NCBI GenBank assembly: GCA_965240325.2
Contig: OZ251234.1
Coordinates: 992,001 to 1,056,000, forward strand
Length of the DNA stretch: 64,000 bases
Direction: 5' to 3'
Source: Rebecca billardiae RCC1528
Taxonomy: Eukaryota; Protista; Haptophyta
Shown here: piece by piece, positions 1 to 11,259 of the stretch
Position numbering within the stretch: the first letter of the stretch is position 1
Layout of the letters: every line of letters starts with the position of its first letter
Notes under the pieces: model-generated
The model's database searches: none
What the model saw: the letters and a program-made list of their open reading frames with translations, nothing else
Told to the model about the DNA's origin: nothing
Program-made: the position numbers and the translations under genes

Positions 1-65
1 ACTAATCACTGCCACAATGTGAGTTAATTTATTCACTCGCCATAGTGTATCGGCAGCACAGTATC

Positions 66-1680
66 TCACCGCGGGGGCGGTGCCATCGCGTTGCCTGAAG
101 TGCGCGGCGGCAGCGGCCCGGATGCTCGTACATTGACATCGTCCACGAACGCGCCATGCGCGTTGCGCTGCACCGGATGGGCCGGTGGCGCGGGGCCCGC
201 GCATGTGCTGCCACCCGGCGCGAAAGCGCTGCCAGCGCGGGCAGACGCCGGTCTCGCCGAAGCGGCGCCCGCCGCGCCCGCTGCCGCCGCTCCGCCCGGC
301 AGCCCGGCGGCGCCGCCACCGCCCGGCGGTGCGCCCGCGCCCGCAGCGGCTGCGTGCTGCCTTGCCGCGCTCACGTGCGTGTGCCACGCCAGCAGCCACT
401 TGAGGTCAGTGAGCAGATACTTCATGGCGCGCGTCCACAGCTCCTCGGCGTTGAACTGGAGGCGCACGGAGAGCATCGTGTCGCCACTGCCGATGCGGTC
501 GTCCTCAATGCGGTACGGCGGCTCGCCAAGCGCGGGCGCGGAGTGCGTGCGCGCGTGCGCGAGCAGCGCGCCCACGCAGCCGAGGAACACGCTTAGCGCA
601 CGGTCGAAGCGGGTGCCGGAGAAGATGCGGCCGAGCTGCACGCCTCCCGAGCCGTACAGCTCGTACTGCTGCGCGCGCGGCTCGTCGGTGGCGGAGACCT
701 TGGAGAACGAGCCGAGCGGGTGGATCGCGTGCCGCGGGAACGTGAGGTGGTGGTGCCGCGCGAGCGTGTCTGCGAGCAGGGCCGCGTGGCCGAGGGCGGC
801 GTTCACCTCAGCCCACTCGACGCGCACGCCGGGCAGCCTGCCGAGCCGCAGCCCGTTGATCGTGCCGAAGGGGCCTTCGAACCAGATGTCGAAGACGTCG
901 TCGTACGCGGAGGTGCAGCGCAGCCGGCGGAGCTCGCGCGTGCAGTGCGCGAGCAGCTGCGCCGACGCCGTCTCCTCGTCCGCCGCCGCCTGCGCGCCCA
1001 GCTGGGCCTCATCGAGCGCACGCCACGCGCCCTCCTCCTCGCAGCTGAGAGCGCGCGCCGCCCCGCGCACGCGGCCGAGCTCGGCGTCGGCGGCGCTCTG
1101 CTCGCGCTCGAGCGCGTCGAGCTCGTCGGCAAGCCGCTGCTCCTCGAGCGCCAGCCGCGCGCACTCGCGCTCCAGGTCCTGCGCGGCGCGCGCGGGTGGG
1201 CGTACGCGAGCGCCCACTGGCAAGTCAGAAGGAGCAAAGCGGGTGCAGGGCGCATGGCGCAGAGCGCGCGGCGCGCACCTCGCGCGAGAGCGGCTCGCCC
1301 GCGGCACGCCGACGCTCCTCGTCGAGAGCCGACTGGAGCACCTCGTTCTGCGCCGCCATGTCGTCGATGCGCCCCTCGAGATCGTGCAGTACGAACGCGG
1401 CGCACTCGGCGCACAGCGGCAGCTCGCGCTCGCCCTCGCGCGCCTCGCGCCCCAGGGACATGAGGAGGGCCTGCTGCTGCATCTGCTCGTGCGCGTTTGT
1501 GAGCGACTGCATGTCCGAGCGCGCGCCGCCCGCGTGGTGCAGGAGCAGCTGCTGCTGCGGCCCGGGCAGCACGAGGAAGCTGTCGTCGAGACGTGCGCCG
1601 TGGCGCGGAGGCGTGCGCGCGCTCTGCGGGAACGGCGCGCTGCACGACTCGCAGCGCGCAGAGTGGGCGAGCGCCGCCAT
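66..1680 (-). CDS. ATG6: Beclin-1/Vps30 autophagy protein (2 exons: 1680-1279, 1178-66)
   Basis: Motifs FDIWFEGPFGTINGLRLGRL, EWAEVNAALGH and WTRAMKYLLTDLKW (BARA domain). Exon 1 has DDSFLVL and PLCAEC. A GT-AG intron at 1179-1278 joins the two reading frames. Confidence 0.93.
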
Positions 1681-1826
1681 CCAGGCGATGCGCGCGCGCG
1701 GGCACGCGGCGGCACGCCCGCTCCGAGGCGAGGACGACGACGAGACACCACGGCCGGGATGGCGGGCGGCCGCCACCGTGAGGTGTCAAGCCGGGCGGCG
1801 GCAGCCGGGCACGAATGCACAGCACG

Positions 1827-3251
1827 ATGGAAGCCGCCGGCCGCGAGTACGTGGTGATGGTGACGGGGGGTTTGGAGGACATTGCACTCGCGGAGATCGA
1901 GCGCACGCTCGAGCTCTGCGCTGCGCCGCGCGTGCTCACGCAAGCGGGCGGCGCCGATGGCGCGGCGGCGTGCGGCAAGCTGCTCGTGTGCACCGCGTCG
2001 CCGCCGGCCGCACTGCAGTCCCTCGCGTGCATGCAGGCGCTGCTCGCGTTCGCGGGCTCGTACGAGGGCGTGCCCGCCGGCAAGGAGGCGGGGCTCGAGG
2101 CGGTTCGACGCATGGCACACGCCGCCAACTGGGATGCCGCCCTCGACTGCTGGCGCGTGCACCGCGCCTGGGCCTGCGCACCCGATGAGCCGCGCGAGCC
2201 GCCTCCATTCCGTGCGTCCTGCCTGCGCGACGGCGCGCACGACTTCACATCCGTGGAGGTGAGCGGCGCGCTGGGCAAGGTGCTCGGCGAGCGGACCGGC
2301 TTTCCCATCGGGCTCAAGCACCCCTCGCTCGAGGCCGTCGCCATCCTCCACGGCGCGCAGCTCGTGCTCGGGCTCGTGGTGCTCGGCAGCGCGCAGCGCT
2401 CTCAGCAGTGGAACACGGGCGTGCCGAGTGAGGCGCGGCCGCTCGCGCCGTGGGTGGAGAGGATCGTCACGCTGCGCATGAGCACGGCGTGGGCGCTCAC
2501 CGCGCTCGCACGGCCGCGCCCCGGGGACGTCCTCCTCGACTCGATGTGCGGCGTCGGCTCGATCCCCGTCGAGGCGTGCGCGCGCTGGCCATCCGTCTTC
2601 GCGCTCGGCGCGGAGCTTGAGGTCGCAGCTGCGCAGCTCGCGGCGCGCAACACGGCGCACGCGCGCGCCGCGCTGTGCGGCGAGCGGGCGGGGCGCGCGC
2701 CGGCCGTGCCGCCCGGCTGGGCGCGGCAGGCCCCGCTCGACGAGGCGAACCGCCCGATGCCTCGCCCCGAGCGCCCCGGCGCCCTCGAGCTCTGCGCGCA
2801 GTGCGACGCGGGCCGGCTCCCGCTCCGCGCGGGGTGCGTGGACGTGGCCGTGATTGACATGCCGTTTGGCATGCGCTGCGGGGGCAAGGCGCGGATGCAG
2901 AAGCTCTTCCCGCGCGTGCTAGCCGAGCTGGCGCGCGTGCTGCGCCCGGGCGGGCGCGCCGTGCTGCTCTCGCTCCTCGGCGGGCTGCTACACTTTTGCG
3001 CCGTGCGCGGGCCGGGCGCGCCGCTGTGGGCCGTTCGCGAGCTGCGCACACACGTGCACATCGGCGTGCTCGGCGGCTGCGTCGTGTTCGTGCTCGAGCG
3101 CACGGCCCTGCCGCTCTCCGCGGAGCTCGACGCGGCGGCACGGCGCCGGGCACCACCCGACGCGTGGATCGAGCTGCCGGCGACCGCGAGCCCGGCAGCA
3201 GCAGCGCCGTCGACATCTGATTCTCAGACAATTCATGACGACGATCTGTAG
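1827..3251 (+). CDS. THUMP-domain RNA (guanine-N2) methyltransferase, THUMPD2/3-like
   Basis: GLEDIALAEI N-terminus, FRASC...HDFTSVEV THUMP-like segment, TLRMSTAWAL, LLDSMCGVGSIPVE SAM-binding motif and IDMPFG motif. Confidence 0.85.
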   Translation: MEAAGREYVVMVTGGLEDIALAEIERTLELCAAPRVLTQAGGADGAAACGKLLVCTASPPAALQSLACMQALLAFAGSYEGVPAGKEAGLEAVRRMAHAANWDAALDCWRVHRAWACAPDEPREPPPFRASCLRDGAHDFTSVEVSGALGKVLGERTGFPIGLKHPSLEAVAILHGAQLVLGLVVLGSAQRSQQWNTGVPSEARPLAPWVERIVTLRMSTAWALTALARPRPGDVLLDSMCGVGSIPVEACARWPSVFALGAELEVAAAQLAARNTAHARAALCGERAGRAPAVPPGWARQAPLDEANRPMPRPERPGALELCAQCDAGRLPLRAGCVDVAVIDMPFGMRCGGKARMQKLFPRVLAELARVLRPGGRAVLLSLLGGLLHFCAVRGPGAPLWAVRELRTHVHIGVLGGCVVFVLERTALPLSAELDAAARRRAPPDAWIELPATASPAAAAPSTSDSQTIHDDDL

Positions 3252-4020
3252 CTAGCTAGTATGGCTAGGAGCTTAGTAAGCAACGCTCGGTTGCTGCAGT
3301 ATACCACTGCTAGTAAGCTAGTTACTACTGCTGCTATACAACTACGACCGTCGCGTCACCGATCACGTTTGCACCGGCCGCCAGTAGCTGTCTGCCCGCA
3401 GCAGCGCGCGGCACGGTTCGACTTATTGGCGCCCGGCGACTCATCATCCGCCGGCTCATCGGCCGTCCGCCCGTCGTCCGGCGCCGGCACATCATTATTC
3501 ATTGTGAACTGTCGTCAACTCAACCTTGCCGCCCAGGTTGCTGGGGCCCCATTGTAATACCGCACACGGCCACAGACAGAGTGAGAGCTAGTCAGTGAGC
3601 AGACTATAAGTAAGTCACTAGCTGGGGTGCAATGAGTAGTCGTCTTACTACGGACTATACTTAGCGAGTTGTGACAGACAGCGTTCACAGTATAGACTCC
3701 GTTGAGACAGACGACTGAGCAGTGAGCTTTGAATGACGGCTACTGCCTACTCGGTCCCGAATGCAGCCGCCGAATAAGTCCGACTGTAGTGATCTACTGC
3801 TTTCGCCTTCGGACAGTCGCGTGATCTGCCGTGATCATATACTCGACATATATAGCGCAGCGACTCGGCTTAGCCTTATTAGGCACTGCTAGCGAGCGCG
3901 CCTCCCGGATTCGGCGGACGAGTGAGTTGTGACGAGTGTGAGGGCCTCGCCCGGCTTTATCGATGCCGTCGTCCCTGAGCACCCACGGCGCGATGCCTGG
4001 CACTCTATCCGCGGCCTCAC

Positions 4021-5251
4021 TCACGGGAAGTCCGGGAAGAGCTTGTAGTGCACCAGCTTGATGCTCACGTACGCCAGCGTGCTCGCCAGCAAGTAGCGGC
4101 CGACGAAGATGTCCACAGACTCGGCGGCCTGCCGCACCGTCTTGGACGCGCCACCCGCCGCGCGCAGCCCGCCGAAGAAGAGGAGGAAGGCGAAGGTCCG
4201 CGTGTCCGACTCTGAGAGGATACGCGCATCCAAACACGCGCAAGAGGGCGTGCGCAACGGCGCATTGTGAGCGCGCGCTCGCGCACGGGCGCCGAGAAGC
4301 ATCCGCGCATCGAGGCGCACGGCGGGCCGGTGAGGCGCTCACCCTGCGCGCGTGCGAGTGTCTCGGACCACACCTCGGGCACCTCCTCTTTGCGCTTGGT
4401 CAGCCGCCGCACGCGCTCCCAGACCGAGCTGGGCTCAGGCTCGGGCGGTGGCTTGGGCTGCAGCGGCTTGGCTGCCGAGTCCCTGCAGCAGGGGGGCGCG
4501 GCGGTGGGGGCTCGCATGCCTGCTCAGCCGGAACGGGCACGAGGACCGCGCGTGGCGCGGCGCGGCGGTGCGCGCACCAGGCCACCCCTCCAACCAGACG
4601 CAGCGGCAGCCCGACGAACAGATCCGCGTACGTGAAGAGCACGGTGATCAGCTTGGTGCTGCCGATCAGTATGAAGTTGGCCGCCACCGAGAACACCACA
4701 CCCGCCACGAACGTCTCGGTCGTCTCGTGCAGAGGAAGGACCCATGAGATGCCGCGCTCGCGGACGAATGGGATGATGGCCTCGTTGATGAAGCTCTCCA
4801 CCACGCACAGCTCCAGCCGGACGCGCAGCAGCCCGCTCGCCACCAGGGGCGCATACTCCGTGTAGCCCTGGCTGCCGATCAGCGCCGCAATAAACGTTTG
4901 CAGAGAGCGGTACACGCCGTCGCTGACGGAGCACACGGGCTGGAAAGTAGATGGGTCGAAGACCGTGCCGGCTTGCGACTGCGCTATCGCAGCCTCCGGC
5001 GGCACAAGCAAGAGCCCGCCACCCAGCGCCGCCGCTGTCGCTGCAGCTGCAAGCTGGGCGTCGCTTGTGCGCGCGTCGCTGCGCGACTCGAGATCGACGA
5101 GCTCGGCGTCCAGCCGAGGCTCCCACGGCCACGATGCGTCGTCCCGCGGCAGTATCATGTGCGCACGCGCGCGGAGGGGAGCCAGCGGCGCCCGTGCCAA
5201 CGGCCGCGCGGAGGCCGCGGCGAACACGCCGATCGCAATCACCGCCGCCAT
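4021..5251 (-). CDS. Hypothetical membrane protein with signal/transit-like N-terminus, possibly plastid-targeted (exons 5251-4578, 4482-4343, 4211-4021)
   Basis: Hydrophobic leader followed by an Ala/Arg-rich segment and several hydrophobic helices. Two GT-AG introns (4483-4577, 4212-4342) link three ORF-track frames in phase. Confidence 0.75.
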
Positions 5252-5412
5252 CGTCGTCGTTCCCGTGATCCCGTCCGATGACGGAGTTTGAATTTACGTC
5301 GACCGGGAAAGCGCACGCGGCGGAACCGTGAGGCGTGTACCAATCTCGCCTGCCTGAGCTGTGTGCGTCTCTTATTCTTAGTAAACTGTAGACTTCGCAC
5401 ACGTGAGCAACG

Positions 5413-5802
5413 ATGGCGCCGCCCCTCGCGTCGATCGTCATCTCGCTTGCCGTCGCATGGGCGCCCGTTGGCCAGCGCGCTGCCAAGGGGACTCCCCTTG
5501 GCGCTGCAGGCCCCTCCGCACGCCGCCACATCATGGTGCGTTCGACGACATCAGAAATACGCCTCGTTGAGCTGTCCTCCCCCGAGAACTCCGGCGAGCG
5601 CGCCAACGGCTTCTACGACGAGTACTCAGATGACGAGCTGCAGGGCCTCCTCAACCTGCACACGGAACTCTTCCCCGACGCCGCTGAGCTGATGGAGGCG
5701 GAGGAGGCTGAGCCCCGCGACGGGGTGCTCTCGCTGCATGAGGCTGTCCTCCAGGCCCTGAGCGAGGACGCGGGCGAGGCCGACACCCAGTCTGAGCAGT
5801 GA
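5413..5802 (+). CDS. Small acidic hypothetical protein with signal/transit-like leader (129 aa)
   Basis: AACG-ATG-G start context, hydrophobic leader, host-like codon usage, divergent from the preceding gene. Confidence 0.6.
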   Translation: MAPPLASIVISLAVAWAPVGQRAAKGTPLGAAGPSARRHIMVRSTTSEIRLVELSSPENSGERANGFYDEYSDDELQGLLNLHTELFPDAAELMEAEEAEPRDGVLSLHEAVLQALSEDAGEADTQSEQ

Positions 5803-6332
5803 GCAGTGAGCAGTCACTGATACTGGTACTGATAGGCAGATGGTCCGATCTGCAGTCAGCAGTGGCAGCCGACGATATGAGCCAGAATCAGACGAGCTAG
5901 ACCAGCCAGTGGCAGTGCCGCTTGGGTGTGCCCTGCACTCGCGGCCGCGTAGGGCACTCACTGGGACGATTCGATTCATGGGCATGCAGTCATGGCACCG
6001 CCGCGGAGCCCGTTACAAGTCAAGTTGCCCGGACCACTCACCCCGCGCGACCGCGTCCGAGTCCGAGGGCCCACTCGGGCCCAGTGGCTTAGGAGTCGCG
6101 GACCGGGCCGTCTGAAGTGTAGCTAGGCGTGAACTCGTGACTCGGACAGCACTCGGAGTCGGTCTGCGGATCCGAGTGCCGACAGGCCAGTGCGGACCGA
6201 GTCCACGGGCACGTTACCACCGCGCGCGTACCTGTGGCTGTGCCTACTGCTTGCTGCCGACGATGTCGATCGCCGTGCCGGTGCCGGGCTCAGCCGGCGT
6301 CACCACGCGAGCACGACGACTCCGGCGGCGAC

Positions 6333-7313
6333 TCACTCCCACGGGGCGTGGCCGCCGTATGTGCGGCCGGTGCCCCGTCCGCTCTCCGCCAGCCTACGCA
6401 TCAGCTCCTGCGCGTCCGGCTTGTCGTAGAACGAGCCGTGCACGTGCTGCGTTGTTCGCGGCTGCGCTGCCAGGATCGCGCCGATCTCGCGCTCCTTGTC
6501 AATCGACGCGACGCGCGCCTTGAGCCGGCGGATCGAGTCGGCGAGCGCGGGGTCGTTGACGAGCTGCTCGACGGTTGTGCCCTGCACCCCCTCAGCGACG
6601 GGCTCGAACGCGGCGCGGCGCTCGGCGTTCTTCTGCGAGTCGCGCGCGTCGGCGGCGTCCTTGAAGGCGCGCCGCTTGAGCTCCTCCGTCGTGTGCGGGT
6701 GGCCGCGTGGCGGCATCCCGAGCTCCCCGATTTTGAGCTTGTGCCGCAGCTCGGGCGCGCGCGGCATGCGCGCCATGGTGCGCACGCGCTCGCCCTGCGG
6801 GTCAAACTCGGCGAACGAGCCGACCTCGCCCCCCGTCGTCTGGATCTGACGGTCGAGGAAGTCGAGGAGCGCCGGCCGCTCGGGCCTGGGCGGGATGGGC
6901 GGCATGCGCGGCTGCTGCGAGCGGTACGCTTTGCGCGCGAGCGAGATCTCTGCGAACTCGTGCGCGGAGGGGTAGACCTCCTTCACGGTGCGGATGTCGG
7001 CGACCTCGTCGCGCATCGAGTTGAGCGTGCGCACGAGCGGTAGCTTCGTGTCGGGCACGAGGATGTTGCGGGCGGGGCCGCCCGGCCGCTTCTCCTGCGC
7101 GCCGCCAATCACGTGCGGCGCAAACCACTGCTGCATCTGCGTGGGTGGTTCGCGCGGCGGGCCGAGGCTGGCGGCGCCCTTGCCCTTGCCCTTGCGCGAG
7201 GAACCGCCTCCCCTCTTCCCACCCGCGGGCGGGCCCGCGGGCGGGGGTGCAGGCGGCTCTGGAGGGCCCGCGGGCGGGGGTGGAGGCGCTTCCTGCGGCT
7301 GCGCCTCCTCCAT
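6333..7313 (-). CDS. Hypothetical protein, Pro-rich N-terminus (~326 aa)
   Basis: Long open frame with balanced composition and GC3-rich codons; GCG-ATG-G start. No recognised domain. Confidence 0.65.
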   Translation of the reverse strand: MEEAQPQEAPPPPPAGPPEPPAPPPAGPPAGGKRGGGSSRKGKGKGAASLGPPREPPTQMQQWFAPHVIGGAQEKRPGGPARNILVPDTKLPLVRTLNSMRDEVADIRTVKEVYPSAHEFAEISLARKAYRSQQPRMPPIPPRPERPALLDFLDRQIQTTGGEVGSFAEFDPQGERVRTMARMPRAPELRHKLKIGELGMPPRGHPHTTEELKRRAFKDAADARDSQKNAERRAAFEPVAEGVQGTTVEQLVNDPALADSIRRLKARVASIDKEREIGAILAAQPRTTQHVHGSFYDKPDAQELMRRLAESGRGTGRTYGGHAPWE

Positions 7314-7719
7314 CGCGGAGTGAGTCGCCGAGTTCCTTTTCGCTCTCAGGCGGCGGCGGACATCGTGCCGCTGCTGGCTTCGTAGTTCGACTACGAAAAG
7401 TAACGGCGCGCGAGCGCGGCGGAGTTCTTTTAATTCCAATAAAATCTTCCAGGCCAGCGGCACGCTGCATCGTCGCGGTTCACACCGCCAAGGAGAACTT
7501 TCTCATCAGCGAGTCGTCAGCGCACATCACAGGATTCAGTGATTCACAGGAGTTCGGGACACACCGTGGAACACTCCAACACTCACACCAACAGGCGTTG
7601 CCGCGCGCGTCAGTGCGCAGTCACGGGCTACGTAAAGAAATGTAGAAAAGCGCTCGAGCGTGGAAGCCGGAGGCCCGACGCGATCACAAGGCGCGCCCGC
7701 GTGCCGGGCGCGCCGACGC

Positions 7720-9390
7720 TCAGCGCGCCGCCGCGGCGGCCGCCTGCGCGCGCTCGAGCGCCTCGAGCTCAGCGCGCAGCTGTGCGACTGCCGTGGCCTC
7801 GCACGCGGCGGGCGCCTCGACAGTCGCCAGGTACGCGCACGTGGCGGGCTCGACGACGGAGACGAGGCGCTCGGTCGGCCCGCAGCGGAGGGCGACGCGC
7901 GCTGTGCGCCGCGTGCCGTCCGGGCACTCGTCACCGCCCTCGAACACCATCTCGCGCGCGAGCACGCCGCCCGGGGCGCCCTCGCCCGCGGCGCCGCGCG
8001 GCGGCGGCTGCGCTGGCTCCCAAGCGCTGAAGCTGCCGATGTGGACGGGCGCGGCTCCGCGCTGCGTGAAGTTGCCGAAGAGGCAGAGCGAGTACGCGTA
8101 CCCACCCTCCTCCGCGCGCGCCGCGCCCTCCTCCTCGCCGCCCGCGCCGCGCTTGTCCAGCGCAAGGCACTGCTCGCGCGCCGCCGCCAGAGACTTGTCA
8201 GCGCCAAAGTCCTGAGATTGAATCTCGCGCGCGGCGCTGAGCTCGGCCTCGGCGGCGGACGAGCGCGCCTGCACGGCCGCGAGCTCGCGCTCGGCGAGCT
8301 CGAGCGCGAGCGCGTCGCCCGTGGCGAGCAGCCCGGCGAGCTCCTCCCCGCCCGGCGGCGCGCGCCCTCGCGCCCGGCCCAGCCCACTGAGCGCGGCGTG
8401 CAGCGCGCCAAGCCAGCCATGCTCGGCGCTCAGCTCAAGCAGGGCGGTGGTGAGCGTGGGTGCGGGCAGCGTGCCCAGCGGCAGCGCGGCGAGCAGCGCG
8501 GCCTCGCGGGCGCACGGCTCTGCGGTGGTGCAGCTGCCGCCCGCCTCCGCGCCGCCCGCCTCCGCGCTCTCCCCCTCCGCGCCGCCCTCCCCGCCAGCGC
8601 CGCCTGGAGCCCCTGCGGGCGCGGAGGGCGGCGCGCCGGCCTCGGCGACTGCGAGCACACGCGTGGCTGGCGTGGCGTCCGCGAGCGCGCTGGCGTCGTC
8701 GTCGTCCGAGTCTGAGAGGTGCTCGAGCAGCGCGTCGAGGCCCGACACGCCCGCGCCGAGAGCAACGCGCGCGAGCACCAGCGCCGCCTCCTCCGCGGCC
8801 AGCGTGTCGACGCCGAGCGCTCCAGCGAGCTCGCCCGACGCATGCAGCTTGGCAAGCAGGGCCGTGCGGCGCGCCTCGGCCTCGGCGAGGGCGTCACGCC
8901 GCGCGCGCAGCGGCGGCAGCTCGGCGCCAAGCTGGGTGATGTTCGCCACCAGCTCGCGGATCTCCGCCTCGCGCGCCGCGTGCGCCGCCTGCCCCGCCGC
9001 TGCGCGCGCCGCTCGCGCGTCCAGGCCCGCCTCTGCTCGTCCGAGCGCCGCGCGTGCCGACGCGAGGCAAGTGTTCTCGCAGCGGCTCTCGGGGTGGCCC
9101 GCCTCGTCCGCGCCGTCGCAACAATCGCACACGCCGTCGCGTACGCGCGAGGCGAACACGCGCTTCGGCGCGAGCGGCGTCTGCGGGCAGGTGAACGTGG
9201 CAGCCGCGCACGCGCCCGTGCGCGGCTCATCCGAGCCGTCCGACTCGCAGTCGCAGAAATCGTCGTCGACGTACTCGGCGGGGATGGTGCGCGAGCCGTC
9301 GGCGCAGATGAACGTCAGACCGTGCGAGGCGCCGCGCGCAAGCGCGAGCAGCGCGAGAGCGCAGGCGAGGCTCGCGCGCGCGGCGCGCAT
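7720..9390 (-). CDS. Glucosidase II beta subunit (PRKCSH-like)
   Basis: Signal peptide; DDDFCDC..DGSDEPRTGAC and DGVCDCCDGADE Cys-rich N-domain; coiled coil; MRH domain (YAYSLCLF, GDECPDGTRRTARVALRCG, EPATCAY). Confidence 0.9.
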   Translation of the reverse strand: MRAARASLACALALLALARGASHGLTFICADGSRTIPAEYVDDDFCDCESDGSDEPRTGACAAATFTCPQTPLAPKRVFASRVRDGVCDCCDGADEAGHPESRCENTCLASARAALGRAEAGLDARAARAAAGQAAHAAREAEIRELVANITQLGAELPPLRARRDALAEAEARRTALLAKLHASGELAGALGVDTLAAEEAALVLARVALGAGVSGLDALLEHLSDSDDDDASALADATPATRVLAVAEAGAPPSAPAGAPGGAGGEGGAEGESAEAGGAEAGGSCTTAEPCAREAALLAALPLGTLPAPTLTTALLELSAEHGWLGALHAALSGLGRARGRAPPGGEELAGLLATGDALALELAERELAAVQARSSAAEAELSAAREIQSQDFGADKSLAAAREQCLALDKRGAGGEEEGAARAEEGGYAYSLCLFGNFTQRGAAPVHIGSFSAWEPAQPPPRGAAGEGAPGGVLAREMVFEGGDECPDGTRRTARVALRCGPTERLVSVVEPATCAYLATVEAPAACEATAVAQLRAELEALERAQAAAAAAR

Positions 9391-9567
9391 GGCGGCCAGC
9401 CTCCCTGTGCGTGTCCACGCCAACTCCGGACGCCGCTCCAGATTTGCGTCCGCGCCAGCGTGGTTCCGGTGCGGCCGGACTCAAAAGCAGGTAGGGCGCG
9501 CGGCCGCGCGGGGGGCTTCATCGTTGACGGCATCGGCGTCGTGGCGACCCCGCAAGCGCGCGCCAGC

Positions 9568-10571
9568 ATGCGCGCCGGTGACGCACTTCTCAACGAGCTC
9601 GACCTCGATGGCGCGTTCATGGCGAAGCCGAGCGAGGAGGACCAGAGACGGCTCGAGGAGAACCGGCGGCGTCGCGACGCGCAGAGCCAGCAGATGAGTG
9701 AGCTGCTGCTCAAAGGATGGACAATGCTCGGTCAGCGCACGCGCACCGTGCGCCGCGCGCCGTCTCGGAGCGCGGCGGCCGCACCGCGCCTGCACGCGCC
9801 CCTGCGTGGAAGGCGTTCACGAGACACCCGCACCGCGCGTGCGCCCGCGCGCCCGCAGGCGAGCACTGCCCCGTCACGAACGAAGTGCCTCTGATGCAGC
9901 AGCCCAAGACAGGCCGCAAGTTCAGCGTGGCCGTCAACAAGTTTGTGGACGAGCTGGAGGACGCAGAGCCGGCCGCTGAGCGCGGCGGCATCCGCTCGCC
10001 CCAGGTACTGACGTCCGCTGCCTCGTTCGTCTCGAGTGCGTGCGCAGCGACGACCGCCGCCGCCGCCTCGCCAACGCCGACGCCACCGCCGCCACTGCCG
10101 AGCGCAGCTGTCTCGCACGCGCCGCGCGCGACATCAATCCTGTCTTCGGCGCGCAGCCCGAGCCCGGGTCAGCCCAAGGGTGGGGATAGCAGCGCGCCGG
10201 GCACACCGGCGGGCGTCGCCGCCCGCTCGTCCTCGACGAGCGCCGTCGCCCGCTCGGGCTCCGGCTCTGCACGCGGCTCTCGCTTCCCTGTGAGCCAACC
10301 ACCGGTCACGATTGCTGCGGCGGTGCAGCCGACCCCAGCGCCCACGGCGCCCTCGTCGATCGGCGCGACGGCGCCGAGCGACGCGGTGGAGCAGCTCGAC
10401 GAGAGCCTCGACGCGGCGATCGCCGACGTGTGCGCCGCGCTCGAGTGCTACCGCCTGCGGCTGCGCGAAGGGCCTCCGCCCGCGGACGCGCGCGACACGC
10501 TGCACCTGATAGGCGCGTGCGCGGAGGCACTGGCCAGCCTGCGCACGGCCAGGCAGGGCGGCGGCGCCTGA
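9568..10571 (+). CDS. SSSCA1/ZNRD2-like (Auto_anti-p27) protein (exons 9568-9730, 9859-10571)
   Basis: The spliced sequence SQQMSELLLKGWTMLGEHCP...VPLM matches the SSSCA1 signature; GT-AG intron at 9731-9858. Confidence 0.8.
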
Positions 10572-11259
10572 GCGAGCGGGGGGCAGCACGCACCGGCGCG
10601 CGTCGTGCTGGACGCGCTGGCACGCGCCTTCGCAGCTCGGCCCCGCGCGCCACGCAGCGCAGCCAAACCGTCGCCGGCCGGAGGCTCCGCCACGCGATTC
10701 TTTGATCTTACTCGCCCGGCGACGCCTTGGCTGAGCGGCCGCACTCAAATTGCAGCTCGCGCGGTCGCAGCTTTGTGGACTGTTTGGCGTGTGACGTCGG
10801 ACGTCTCGGGTCGATGTGCGGAGGTATCGCGCGTCGTGCCTCGTGGCATGCGCGGCTGCCGTTCGGCAACTCGCGCGGTGCGGGCGCGCGACCGAGAGCG
10901 CGGGCCGCATCACCAGCAGCTGCAACTGTCACTGGCCAGCTGGCAACGCTGAACGGCCCAACACTGGGCCGCTGGACGAAGCGGCACACCGCACTGTGAG
11001 CCGCACTGCACCTGATGAGTGATGTTGCGCCAGAGTCACAGACACACTGCTGTGTGTGTGTACATGTGTGTTATAATATTGTGTCCGTCAGATAGAATAA
11101 GATTAAGAATTAAGATCAGACGGTCAGAATATTAATATTATTAGTAACTATTAAGTAGTTCCTCACGGCTCATATCTGAGCAAATAGAGAGACGAGAGAG
11201 AGAGGGAGATTAGAGAGAGAGCAGACCTACCGGCGCCGTCACTCGTCACTCGTCAGGGT

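Noticed and set aside
66-2660. 864-aa ORF as a single Beclin protein
   Set aside because: Only the 3' part is Beclin. The upstream part is antisense to the THUMP gene, and the real first exon is in another frame.
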